From contig JAQWOB010000003.1 in assembly GCA_029246085.1 (NCBI GenBank), forward strand, positions 7,608 to 71,607: a DNA stretch of 64,000 bases, read 5' to 3'. Source of the DNA: Gammaproteobacteria bacterium (GTDB lineage Bacteria > Pseudomonadota > Gammaproteobacteria > GCA-002705445 > GCA-002716945). This document shows positions 9,209 to 18,741 of this stretch, piece by piece. The translations under genes and the position numbers were made by a program. The stretch's first letter is position 1. Every line of letters starts with the position of its first letter. The notes beneath the pieces were generated by a model that worked only from the letters and a program-made list of their open reading frames with translations, had not been told where the DNA came from and searched no databases.

Positions 9209-11613
9209 TGACAGATAAGATATATGACTCATCCAACATAAAAGTCCTGAAAGGGCTTGAGGCGGTACAGAAAAGACCTGGCATGTATATCGGTGACACA
9301 GACGATGGAAGCGGTTTGCACCAGATGATATTTGAGGTCATGGATAACTCAATAGATGAGGCTTTGGCCGGCTATTGTGACACCATTGACATCATAATAC
9401 ATGAGGACCAATCTGTTACAGTTGCAGATAACGGGAGAGGTGTACCGGTTGATATGCACCCGGGTGAAAAAAAATCTGCAGCAGAAGTTATCCTTACAGT
9501 ATTGCATGCTGGTGGTAAATTTGATGATGATTCATACAAGGTGTCTGGGGGGCTGCATGGGGTTGGGGTTTCAGTTGTGAATGCATTATCAGAAACCTTA
9601 GAATTGACAGTTTATAAAGGTGGAAAAGTTTATAGCCAAGAGTACAAAGACAGTAAGCCAGTAGAAGCACTGAAAATTACGGGGGATACTGAGCTTACGG
9701 GTACAAAAATTTCATTCAAGCCAAGCAAAAAATATTTTACTCTCACAAAATATAATACTGAAACGTTAAGAAGAAGGTTTAAGGAATTAGCTTTTTTAAA
9801 TAGCGGCATAACAATAAAGTTTACTGATGAAGCGAAGTCAGTAAAAGATGAATTTAAATATGATGGCGGCATCATGGAATACATAAAAGAACTAACTAGA
9901 AAAAAAACATTAATACAAGATGAAATTGTTTACTTTAAAAGTGAAGTGAAAAATATTTCAGTTGAAATGGCAATGCTATGGAGCACAGCGTATAACGAAG
10001 AGATTTTATGTTTTACAAACAATATTCCGCAAAAGGACGGAGGAACGCACCTATCTGGTTTTAAAGCATCTCTCACTAAAACTATTAATAATGCATTTGA
10101 CAAACAGCCGGGTGTTAAAAAAGACAAGATTGATCTTACCGGTGAAGATGCTCGAGAAGGTATTACGGCAATTATTTCTGTTAAAATGTCTGATCCTAAG
10201 TTTTCATCACAAACAAAAGATAAGCTGGTTTCCTCTGAAGTTAAAGGGATAGTTGAGTCAAGTTTAAACAAGAAATTGCATGAATTTTTTGAGGAGAACC
10301 CCAAAGAACTTAAGGCGATTATTGCAAAAGTCTTTCAGGCAGCCAAGGCAAGAGAAGAGGCAAGAAAAGCAAAAGATCTCATTAGGCGTAAAGACCCATT
10401 GAGCATAGGCAACCTTCCTGGCAAGCTTGCTGACTGTCAAGAAAAAGACCCTACAAAAACTGAGCTATTTATTGTGGAGGGGGATTCAGCCGGTGGATCT
10501 GCAAAGCAGGCAAGGGACAGAAAAACACAGGCAATTTTACCCCTTAAAGGAAAAATATTAAATACTCAGCGAGCACAAGATCACAAAGTTCTTTCTTCCT
10601 CTGAAATTGCTACTTTAATTACAGCGCTGGGCTGTGGGTTTGGGGATGATGTAGATTTAGATAATTTGCGCTATGGGAAAATTATTATTATGACTGATGC
10701 AGATGTTGATGGCGCACACATAAGAACTTTGCTACTTACATTATTTGAAACTAAAATGAAGTTGCTTATAGATAATGGTCATGTTTTTATTGCTCAACCG
10801 CCACTGTACAAAATGAAAAAAGGTAAATCAGAAAGATATCTTAAAGACGACTCTGAACTGTCAGGCTTCATTAACAATGATATTTCTAATACATACAAGC
10901 TGTTCATTGACAACAAAGAAGTGTCTCAGGAAAATACCCTTGGTCTTTTAAATACTTATTCGACTATGAGCTCTATTTTAGAGCAGTTTTCTTCTAAAAG
11001 AGATAAGCATATATTACATAATCTTGCTTTTTTTGAAACCCTGTCTTTGGATACTTTAAAATCTCTTAAATTATTGACTTCTTGGTGTAAATTATTTACG
11101 CAATACGTTAATGAAAATACGCCTATTAATTTATCATTTATACTTACTCCTTCGGATGATATTTCTGAAGATAAAGTTTATTCAATTAATATTACTAAAA
11201 CAACGAATGGTGTTGTTACAGATCAGGAGCCATTAAGCAAACATTTTTTTAGTTCTGATTCTTATGCCGACCTAGTTTCTTTAAAATTTGGAGCCTATAC
11301 AGGCTCTGTTTTTACTTATGCTGACAAAAATGATGGCCCTGTGTCTAGCCCTTTTAACCTAACAGATTGTTTTAATTCACTGATTGCTGCCTCAAAAGGC
11401 TCTATTACGCTTCAGCGGTATAAAGGTCTTGGGGAAATGAATCCAAACCAACTTGAAGAGACAACTATGAACGTTAAAAGTAGAACTCTGTTAAAGGTTT
11501 TGCCTTTGGAAGATGGCAACCAGGTTGTAGTCGAACTTATGGGCGACGATGTTGAGATGAGAAAACAATTCATTAAACAAAAATACTCTTCTGTTAAAAA
11601 TTTAGACATATGA
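9208..11613 (+). CDS. gyrB: DNA gyrase subunit B
   Basis: KRPGMYIG, GGLHGVGVSVVNALS, VEGDSAGGSA, MTDADVDG, RYKGLGEMNP; proteobacterial insertion domain present. Confidence 0.98.
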   Translation: MTDKIYDSSNIKVLKGLEAVQKRPGMYIGDTDDGSGLHQMIFEVMDNSIDEALAGYCDTIDIIIHEDQSVTVADNGRGVPVDMHPGEKKSAAEVILTVLHAGGKFDDDSYKVSGGLHGVGVSVVNALSETLELTVYKGGKVYSQEYKDSKPVEALKITGDTELTGTKISFKPSKKYFTLTKYNTETLRRRFKELAFLNSGITIKFTDEAKSVKDEFKYDGGIMEYIKELTRKKTLIQDEIVYFKSEVKNISVEMAMLWSTAYNEEILCFTNNIPQKDGGTHLSGFKASLTKTINNAFDKQPGVKKDKIDLTGEDAREGITAIISVKMSDPKFSSQTKDKLVSSEVKGIVESSLNKKLHEFFEENPKELKAIIAKVFQAAKAREEARKAKDLIRRKDPLSIGNLPGKLADCQEKDPTKTELFIVEGDSAGGSAKQARDRKTQAILPLKGKILNTQRAQDHKVLSSSEIATLITALGCGFGDDVDLDNLRYGKIIIMTDADVDGAHIRTLLLTLFETKMKLLIDNGHVFIAQPPLYKMKKGKSERYLKDDSELSGFINNDISNTYKLFIDNKEVSQENTLGLLNTYSTMSSILEQFSSKRDKHILHNLAFFETLSLDTLKSLKLLTSWCKLFTQYVNENTPINLSFILTPSDDISEDKVYSINITKTTNGVVTDQEPLSKHFFSSDSYADLVSLKFGAYTGSVFTYADKNDGPVSSPFNLTDCFNSLIAASKGSITLQRYKGLGEMNPNQLEETTMNVKSRTLLKVLPLEDGNQVVVELMGDDVEMRKQFIKQKYSSVKNLDI

Positions 11614-12392
11614 TTGTTGCAACATGGAATGTAAATTCTATTAAAGTCCGTCTGCATGCAGTCTTGCAGTATTTACTAGAAGAAACCCCTGACGTACTTG
11701 TTCTTCAAGAAACAAAAAGCATCGATGAAAATTTTCCAGTATCAGCTTTTTCTGATGCTGGTTATCATGTAATTTTTTGTGGCCAAAAAACATATAATGG
11801 TGTTGCAATTATCTCTAAAGACGAACCCAAAGATGTTCACGTTAACCCTGTGTCTACAGATGAAAATGAAATGAGATCAATTTCAGCAATTTATAATGGT
11901 ATAAGAATTGTTAATCTCTATGTTGTAAATGGTCAAAATGTCGGTACCCCAAAATATGCATATAAGCTTAAATGGCTACAAAAATTAATTTCTTACACAC
12001 AGAAAGAGTTAGAAAAGACAAATGATTTAATACTTTTGGGTGACTTTAATATTGCCCCTACAGACGATGATGTTTTTGATTCTGAAATAACCCGTGGAGA
12101 AATACTTTGCTCGCCTAAAGAAAGAGAATTATTGGCTAAACTTTGTGCCTTGGGCTTGCATGACCTCTTTAATGATTATGATTACCCCTCCCAGACCTTT
12201 ACATGGTGGGATTATCGCGGCGGTGCATTTCAAAGAAATATTGGTTATAGAATTGATCTTATACTGGGGTCAAAATCTATTAAAAAACGTTGTTCAGAAT
12301 ATTTAATTGATAAAAAAACTCGACATAAGTCATGGTGCTTTGCTGAACCTAGAACATCTGACCATGTCCCTGTTAGAATTTTATTAGATTAA
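11610..12392 (+). CDS. xth: exodeoxyribonuclease III / AP endonuclease
   Basis: ATWNVNS, LQETK, YNGVA, GDFNIAP, FTWWDYR, RIDLIL, SDHVP. Confidence 0.93.
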   Translation: MIVATWNVNSIKVRLHAVLQYLLEETPDVLVLQETKSIDENFPVSAFSDAGYHVIFCGQKTYNGVAIISKDEPKDVHVNPVSTDENEMRSISAIYNGIRIVNLYVVNGQNVGTPKYAYKLKWLQKLISYTQKELEKTNDLILLGDFNIAPTDDDVFDSEITRGEILCSPKERELLAKLCALGLHDLFNDYDYPSQTFTWWDYRGGAFQRNIGYRIDLILGSKSIKKRCSEYLIDKKTRHKSWCFAEPRTSDHVPVRILLD

Positions 12393-12452
12393 CTTTTTAA
12401 TAGCGGTTTGAAATTCTCTTTGTTATGATAAGGGAAAATTAGGAGATATACC

Positions 12453-13079
12453 ATGAAATCAATTATGGTCATTAATTCAAAAGGCGGTTCTGGCAAGACT
12501 ACGGTATCTGTGAACTTGGCCGCATATTGTGCCCAATTTGGCTTTAAAACAACCCTGGTTGACCTTGATCCTCAAGAATCAAGTACACAGTGGTTAGAGG
12601 CTAGACCTTTGTCCAAAGCAAAAATCCATGGAACAAAAAATTTTAATAAACCTCTTAAAAAAGAGAAAAACTCTGTTGTAATTTATGATGTGCCTGCAGC
12701 AATATATGGATCTAGACTTGACACATATGTTAAAAAAGCTGACATGATTATCGTGCCCGTGCTTCCTTCGCCTATAGACATGAAGGCCGCAAAAGTTTTT
12801 ATTCAATATCTTAGATCTATGGGCCCTGTTATTAGAAATCAAATAAAAGTAGGATTAGTAGCTAACCGCTGTAGGGCGAATACAAATATATTTTTGGAAC
12901 TGGACACATATCTTTTAAAAGAAAAGGGAATAAAATATATTACTGCTTTTAGAGATAATACGAATTACATAAGATCTGCAAGCACAGGTTTGGGTATTTT
13001 TGAGATGGGCGCAAGCGCAACTGCACAAGACCGTGAAGAATGGAAACCATTAATTAAATGGTTAGGGCTAAACTCCTAA
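12453..13079 (+). CDS. ParA/MinD-family ATPase (short, orphan)
   Basis: Deviant Walker A KGGSGKTT, DLDPQES, DVPA, VPVLPSPID. Confidence 0.88.
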   Translation: MKSIMVINSKGGSGKTTVSVNLAAYCAQFGFKTTLVDLDPQESSTQWLEARPLSKAKIHGTKNFNKPLKKEKNSVVIYDVPAAIYGSRLDTYVKKADMIIVPVLPSPIDMKAAKVFIQYLRSMGPVIRNQIKVGLVANRCRANTNIFLELDTYLLKEKGIKYITAFRDNTNYIRSASTGLGIFEMGASATAQDREEWKPLIKWLGLNS

Positions 13080-13928
13080 GGATTTTTTTATTCCTATAGA
13101 GGCATCTTTGTATACAATGCAGCCATCAAATATTTTTTTCATTTTTTCGACATTAAGAACTCGTGACTCTTTTAAAAAGCTCAGTCTTTTTTCTGAATAT
13201 ATTTTTAGCGCCTGATTAAAAGTAATATATTTTGGTAACTCAACATTAATAGCCGCATAGACATGTTCATAATATGTTGTAGTCTTGATTGGACTCCCAT
13301 CACTCACATTAATTATTTCAATCTGATTTTCCAAAACTATTGATGCTATGCATATTCTTGCAAGGTCTTCTACATGTATTATATTTGTTATTCTGCTTTC
13401 ATTGAGATTTACCAATGGCTCTCTTAATTTAACCCTATCCACAGGAAGCCTCCCTTTCCCATATATGCCCGGCACTCTTAAAATTATTAATTTTACATTA
13501 TTCTTTTTTGAGAAATTTATTAATTGATTTTCTGCATCAACTCTTCTTCTTGCTCTTTCAGTTATTGGAGAAACTTTTGTATTTTCATCTACTTTCTTGC
13601 CCCCACAATCACCATAAACTCCGCTTGTGCTCGTATATATTATCTTTTTTATTTTTAAGGTAGAAATATTTTTTATAAAGTTACTAATTCTGTCATCTTT
13701 GCTAGACAAAGTACTTGGTGGAGCCATATAAATTACAGTACTATTTTCTGCAAATTGTAAATCTATCTTTTCTTGATCAAAATCTCTAACAATATTCTCT
13801 ATATTGGCTGGCCTATTTTTTTTAGTTCTACAAACTTCTTTCACGGAAAAATTATATTGATTTTGGAGCATAAGGTTTATTATATTCCCCCCCAAATAAC
13901 CACTGCCAGCTAAAATTAGTTTATCCAT
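13068..13928 (-). CDS. NAD-dependent epimerase/dehydratase (atypical SDR)
   Basis: GSGYLG, STSGVYGD, LRVPGIYG, IHVEDLA. Likely start is ATG 13928, overlapping the hemD stop. Confidence 0.88.
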   Translation of the reverse strand: MDKLILAGSGYLGGNIINLMLQNQYNFSVKEVCRTKKNRPANIENIVRDFDQEKIDLQFAENSTVIYMAPPSTLSSKDDRISNFIKNISTLKIKKIIYTSTSGVYGDCGGKKVDENTKVSPITERARRRVDAENQLINFSKKNNVKLIILRVPGIYGKGRLPVDRVKLREPLVNLNESRITNIIHVEDLARICIASIVLENQIEIINVSDGSPIKTTTYYEHVYAAINVELPKYITFNQALKIYSEKRLSFLKESRVLNVEKMKKIFDGCIVYKDASIGIKKSLGV

Positions 13929-14655
13929 TATTATGCTCCTTGATAATTCTGATGTACTCAGGAGCTCCTTCATTATTATTAATGACCAGCGTGTCATTTA
14001 TATTCTCCATACCTATGCCTTCTACCAGCCTCATATTTGGGATTACAAGTATATTTTTATTCTTGCTCTTAATTAGTTTTAGTTCTGAGACTAAATTTTC
14101 TAAAGCTGTTTTGCTTGAAATAATAAAGTAATTATTTACATCTTCTTTTATCAAATCTTTTAAAGTGCTTAGGTCTTCTGGTTTTCTTTTATAGACATCT
14201 ATAACTAGCACTTCATGGCCCTTTTCTTTAATTTTTTCTTCAAGATAAGCCCTTCCATCTTCACCTTTTATAATTAGAAACTTAGATTTTGCAAGAGATT
14301 TTTCTGCAATCAGGTCCAGAAGTTTTTCGCTAGAATAATTTTTTGAGGGGTGAATGGCCTCAAAAGAAAATATTTTTTTAATTTTTTCTGCACTATATTT
14401 TCCTAAGCAATATAGTTTTATTTTATTATTGCTTTTGATCTTTTGGTGAATATCAGACGAGTGGTTAATAGCGTTTTTACTTTGAAATATTATATTAACC
14501 TTGTCATTTAAAACATCTATAATCTTTGTAATATCATATTTAACTGGTAATATTTTTACTGCCATAATCTGATGAATACTAGCTTTATTTAGCATGCAGT
14601 ATTTTTGCATGTCTTTGTATATGGATATTTGTGATAGAACTATCAGATTCATCAT
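13921..14655 (-). CDS. hemD: uroporphyrinogen-III synthase
   Basis: IFQSKNAI, SSEKLL, KGEDGRAYL, VYKR; directly after hemC. Confidence 0.85.
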   Translation of the reverse strand: MMNLIVLSQISIYKDMQKYCMLNKASIHQIMAVKILPVKYDITKIIDVLNDKVNIIFQSKNAINHSSDIHQKIKSNNKIKLYCLGKYSAEKIKKIFSFEAIHPSKNYSSEKLLDLIAEKSLAKSKFLIIKGEDGRAYLEEKIKEKGHEVLVIDVYKRKPEDLSTLKDLIKEDVNNYFIISSKTALENLVSELKLIKSKNKNILVIPNMRLVEGIGMENINDTLVINNNEGAPEYIRIIKEHNNG

Positions 14656-15566
14656 TTTTTAAGATCCAGTAAACTCTTGGCGCCTTGTTTTATGAATAGC
14701 TTTGCCATATAAGAGCCTACGCTTTCTGAATTCTTTTTTAAATCTATAATATAGGAGCTTTTAATATGCTTATTTCCATCGAGGCTTGAAACAAATGCAT
14801 CAATTTTCATACGATCATTTTTTATTGTTGCATGTGCGCCTATGGGAGACATACAGTCACCACCTATTTCTCTAACAAAATTTCTTTCTTCAGTTGCACA
14901 TTTCTCAACAATCTCGGTTTTATATTCATTTAAAATATTTTCGATATGTTTATTTTTTTTTAAGTATTCAATGCATAAAATTCCTTGTCCTGCAGATGGA
15001 ATAAATCCTTCAATAGGAATATATTCAGAAATATATTTTTTTAAAGACATTCTATGCAGGCCAGCTGCAGCTAGTATTATTCCATCAATATTTTGTTCTT
15101 CCATTTTTTTTAATCTTGTTTGAATATTTCCTCTTATTTCAACTATTTTAAAGTCTTTTGATATATTTCTTAGCATGGCAATTCGCCTTGGGCTTGAGGT
15201 TCCAATTGTTGCATCAGTTGGTAAGTCGTTCATTGTTTTATATTTTTTAGATATAAATGCATCACAGGGGTTTTCTCTATTCGATATAGTTGTTATAGAA
15301 AATTTATTTTCTAGTATCATAGGTACGTCTTTAAGCGAATGGACTGCAATGTCTGTGTCCCCACGCAACAATGATTCTTCTAACTCTTTGAGAAACAAAC
15401 CTTTTCCGCCATGTATTTTAAATTCTTTTGACGGAACTTTATCACCACTAGAAACCATTGAGACAATTTCTATTTTATTATGTTTAGAAAGCATGGAGCT
15501 TACCATTTTTGCCTGCTCTAAAGCCAGAGGACTATTTCTTGTAGCAATTCTAATTATATTTTTCAT
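14652..15566 (-). CDS. hemC: hydroxymethylbilane synthase
   Basis: IATRNSPLAL, GGKGLFLKELE, AVHSLKDVP, GTSSPRR, GGDCMSPIG. Confidence 0.97.
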   Translation of the reverse strand: MKNIIRIATRNSPLALEQAKMVSSMLSKHNKIEIVSMVSSGDKVPSKEFKIHGGKGLFLKELEESLLRGDTDIAVHSLKDVPMILENKFSITTISNRENPCDAFISKKYKTMNDLPTDATIGTSSPRRIAMLRNISKDFKIVEIRGNIQTRLKKMEEQNIDGIILAAAGLHRMSLKKYISEYIPIEGFIPSAGQGILCIEYLKKNKHIENILNEYKTEIVEKCATEERNFVREIGGDCMSPIGAHATIKNDRMKIDAFVSSLDGNKHIKSSYIIDLKKNSESVGSYMAKLFIKQGAKSLLDLKK

Positions 15567-15637
15567 ATTTATAATTTTTTGTTTGTATTTATACTATACT
15601 TACTGATAAATAATGTAATTAAAAATTAACAAATATT

Positions 15638-17032
15638 ATGAAAAATGTAACTTGGTCTAGCAGATTTACAAAGCAAATTGATGCAGAGGTTTTAGATTTT
15701 AGCCAAAGCCTAAGCATTGATATTGTTCTATACGATGTTGACATTAGAGTGACATCTGCTCATGTGCAAATGTTGTCTAGTTGTGGACATATCAAGGTGT
15801 CTGAAGCAAAAGCGATTATTAAAGGCCTAAATATTGTTAAAAAGATGGCAGAAAATGATAAATTACCCTGGTCTATTGAATATGAAGATGTACATATGAA
15901 TATAGAGAATGCACTGGTTGGGATTATTGGAGATTTAGGTAAAAAGATTCATCTTGGAAGATCAAGAAATGACTTAGTGACTACAGACTTAAGATTATAT
16001 CTCAGAGATTTTATCGATCTTTATCTTCTCAAGCTTAGAGAGACTCAGTATGTTCTTGCTAACATGGCGAAAGAACATTCAGATTCATTATTCCCTGGGT
16101 TTACGCATATGCAAGTTGCGCAGCCCGTCACGTTTGGACACCATTTACTTGCTTGGAATGAGATGCTATTTAGAGATGAAACTAGACTTCTAGGTACTAG
16201 AGAAATTATGAATACGATGCCACTTGGATCAGCAGCACTATCAGGAAGTTCCTTAAAGATTGATCGGAAAATGGTTGCTAAAAGCTTAGGCTTTAAAAGT
16301 ATTACATTAAACTCTATGGATGCAGTTAGCGACAGAGACTATGTTTGTGATTTTGCCTATGCAAATAGCATGATCATGATGCATTTATCAAGGATTTCGG
16401 AAGAGCTTGTGCTATGGATGAATCCACAATTTGGTCTAATAGACTTAGACGAGGGGTTTTGTACAGGTTCATCTATTATGCCTCAAAAGAAGAACCCTGA
16501 TGTCCCAGAGTTAATTAGAGGAAAAACAGGATCAGTTTATGGTTCTTTAATGGGGCTCTTAACTTTAATGAAGGGATTGCCTTTAACATATAACAGAGAC
16601 ATGCAAGAAGATAAGACTTTAATATTAGAATCTATTGATACGACTATGAGTTGCTTAAGCTTACTGCCAAGATTAATATCTACAATGAAGTTAAATAAAA
16701 ACAAAGGGATAGAAATCGCATCAGGTTTTTTTTCAACAGCTACTGACTTGGCTGAATACTTGTCAAAAAAAGGTATGCCCTTTAGAACATCTCATCATGT
16801 AGTAGGTGATATTGTAAAATTTTGCGAGAAGAAGTCTCTGCAACTATCAGATTTAACGATTGATGAGTTAAAAGGGTTTTCAACATTAATTTCCAATGAT
16901 GTATATAAAGTTCTTGATCCAATGACATGTATAAAATCAAGGACAGGGGTTGGTGAAACTTCACCGGCATCGGTAACTAAGCAAGCAAATGCTGTATTAG
17001 CGAGGCTAAAAAAATCTGGCTTTAAAAAGTGA
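15638..17032 (+). CDS. argH: argininosuccinate lyase
   Basis: EDVHMNIE, GRSRND, PGFTHMQ, GSSIMPQKKNPD. Confidence 0.98.
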   Translation: MKNVTWSSRFTKQIDAEVLDFSQSLSIDIVLYDVDIRVTSAHVQMLSSCGHIKVSEAKAIIKGLNIVKKMAENDKLPWSIEYEDVHMNIENALVGIIGDLGKKIHLGRSRNDLVTTDLRLYLRDFIDLYLLKLRETQYVLANMAKEHSDSLFPGFTHMQVAQPVTFGHHLLAWNEMLFRDETRLLGTREIMNTMPLGSAALSGSSLKIDRKMVAKSLGFKSITLNSMDAVSDRDYVCDFAYANSMIMMHLSRISEELVLWMNPQFGLIDLDEGFCTGSSIMPQKKNPDVPELIRGKTGSVYGSLMGLLTLMKGLPLTYNRDMQEDKTLILESIDTTMSCLSLLPRLISTMKLNKNKGIEIASGFFSTATDLAEYLSKKGMPFRTSHHVVGDIVKFCEKKSLQLSDLTIDELKGFSTLISNDVYKVLDPMTCIKSRTGVGETSPASVTKQANAVLARLKKSGFKK

Positions 17033-17379
17033 ATATAAAAAATGTAGCCATAATATTATTATTTTTTAGCAATTATGCTTACTCAGCAGGCCCGCCGACA
17101 ATAGAAGAATATCAGGATAATAGTGATATAGAGGCCCATAACATGTATATATATGGACTTGAGCGTGGACTAGACTGGGCAAATGAATATATGTTTCAAA
17201 AGCATTCCATAGAAATTTATTGTAAGCCTTCGGGCCTTTCTTTGTCATCAAAGCAACTTAGAAAAATTATAGATAAGGCAATTCAGAAAAACATCACATT
17301 TTATGCTAAATATAAGAGTGTGCCTTTGGTAGGATTAGCATTGAGAAATGGATATATAGATACTTTCCCATGTAATTAG
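17029..17379 (+). CDS. secreted protein with Rap1a/Tai immunity-like pattern
   Basis: Signal peptide (..YAYSA), YIYG, YC.P and C-terminal AL...FPC; GTGA overlap with argH. Confidence 0.6.
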   Translation: MNIKNVAIILLFFSNYAYSAGPPTIEEYQDNSDIEAHNMYIYGLERGLDWANEYMFQKHSIEIYCKPSGLSLSSKQLRKIIDKAIQKNITFYAKYKSVPLVGLALRNGYIDTFPCN

Positions 17380-17493
17380 TAAGGAGATTATAAAATATAT
17401 TGCTCTAGACCCTAGCAGATTAAATATTTTTCTCTATAATATTATATAAGATAAATCTATAAGATTACACAAAGACAAAAAGGAGAATTAACC

Positions 17494-17850
17494 ATGGCAG
17501 AACACCCAAAACCACAAGGCGATGATATTATATTGCCAGACGGAACGGTCGTTGGTACTTGGAATGGAGATGATGTAAAAGATCTTCAGGTAGAAGTATT
17601 GCGTATAATTAAAGAACAAAAGGATGGCGGAGCTGATCGTAATAATTTACTTATCAGGTTTGGTATTCCACATTTTGACCAAACCCCTGATCATTTGAAG
17701 CCATTTATTGCATATGCACTTTGGGGCGTAGACAAAAAAGGTAATTGCCTAACTCATAGAAGAGCAGATCATTTTGAGACTGTTGAAAAAATCAATGAGA
17801 AATATGGTAGTGAAACAGCAATAGCAGCTGCCCAGAGACATAGAGATTAA
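17494..17850 (+). CDS. hypothetical protein (monocistronic)
   Basis: Strong SD (AAGGAG), natural protein composition, own downstream terminator; no family recognised. Confidence 0.85.
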   Translation: MAEHPKPQGDDIILPDGTVVGTWNGDDVKDLQVEVLRIIKEQKDGGADRNNLLIRFGIPHFDQTPDHLKPFIAYALWGVDKKGNCLTHRRADHFETVEKINEKYGSETAIAAAQRHRD

Positions 17851-17859
17851 AATTCTAGC

Positions 17860-17896
17860 TTAATGAGCTCTATCTAAGAGCTCATTAAATTTTTTG
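17860..17896 (+). terminator. intrinsic terminator (possibly bidirectional)
   Basis: Perfect 12-bp inverted repeat TTAATGAGCTCT-atcta-AGAGCTCATTAA followed by a T-tract, between convergent genes. Confidence 0.75.
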
Positions 17897-18520
17897 AAGC
17901 CATTGGATGAAACCTTCGCTTACCTCATGGGTAATTGTGTGCCCAAAATCACCAGTATGCTTAGTAAGCGCATCAGTTTTAGTTTCAAGAAAAGCTAATG
18001 TTTTTTTAAAATCACCATAACTAATTGCTTTGTCTTGATAGCCATGCGCAATAAAGATATTGTTACTCTTTAGGGGAAATTCTTTAAATTCATTAGCAGA
18101 TGGCATATAACCCGATAATGCAGCACAACCATCAATTCCATGTCTTGACTTAAACAGTAAACTTAAAGAAAGGGCTGCTCCCTGAGAAAATCCACCAACT
18201 ATAAATTTTTTGTTTTGATCGAATGATAAAGACTCAATTAAATTATCAATAGCTTCAATTGATTTGCTGAGACCATCATAATCTTCTATCAAATCACCAT
18301 TATTATTTCTAGCTGGCAAAGGATACCATGAACTTTTCCCATCTATAATTGGAGCATTAGGTATTATAATATATGCGACTTCATTCAATCTCATATTTAT
18401 TAACTTCATGGTTGGTTCAAATGACCAATTATTTGAGCCATACCCATGAAACCAAAGAATACTTACTTTAGAACTCTTCTTATTTCCAATAGTTATAAAA
18501 TCATCATTATTTAAATTCAT
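17885..18520 (-). CDS. phospholipase/carboxylesterase (alpha/beta hydrolase)
   Basis: WFHGYG, PNAP, GGFSQGA nucleophile elbow, HG..D, GH. Confidence 0.9.
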   Translation of the reverse strand: MNLNNDDFITIGNKKSSKVSILWFHGYGSNNWSFEPTMKLINMRLNEVAYIIIPNAPIIDGKSSWYPLPARNNNGDLIEDYDGLSKSIEAIDNLIESLSFDQNKKFIVGGFSQGAALSLSLLFKSRHGIDGCAALSGYMPSANEFKEFPLKSNNIFIAHGYQDKAISYGDFKKTLAFLETKTDALTKHTGDFGHTITHEVSEGFIQWLQKI

Positions 18521-18564
18521 TATCAGCCTAGCAGGAATCCAATATTATGACTATAATGTACCAT

Positions 18565-18732
18565 ATGTCAGAAAAAATTAATTATCTTCATAACGTGGCT
18601 CTTAAATATGTCTTGGCCATACCATTCTTGATAATTATAACATCTTGTGGAAATAAGGGTCCCTTAACCGTGCCTCAGGAAAAAATAGAAAATCCTATGG
18701 AACAGCAAGAGTCTGAAAATAATAGTTATTGA
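18565..18732 (+). CDS. lptM: small lipoprotein YifL/LptM family
   Basis: Lipobox ITSC followed by GNKGPL.VP, directly upstream of lysA-dapF-xerC; start uncertain (18547 or 18565). Confidence 0.8.
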   Translation: MSEKINYLHNVALKYVLAIPFLIIITSCGNKGPLTVPQEKIENPMEQQESENNSY

Positions 18733-18741
18733 GACCAATAA

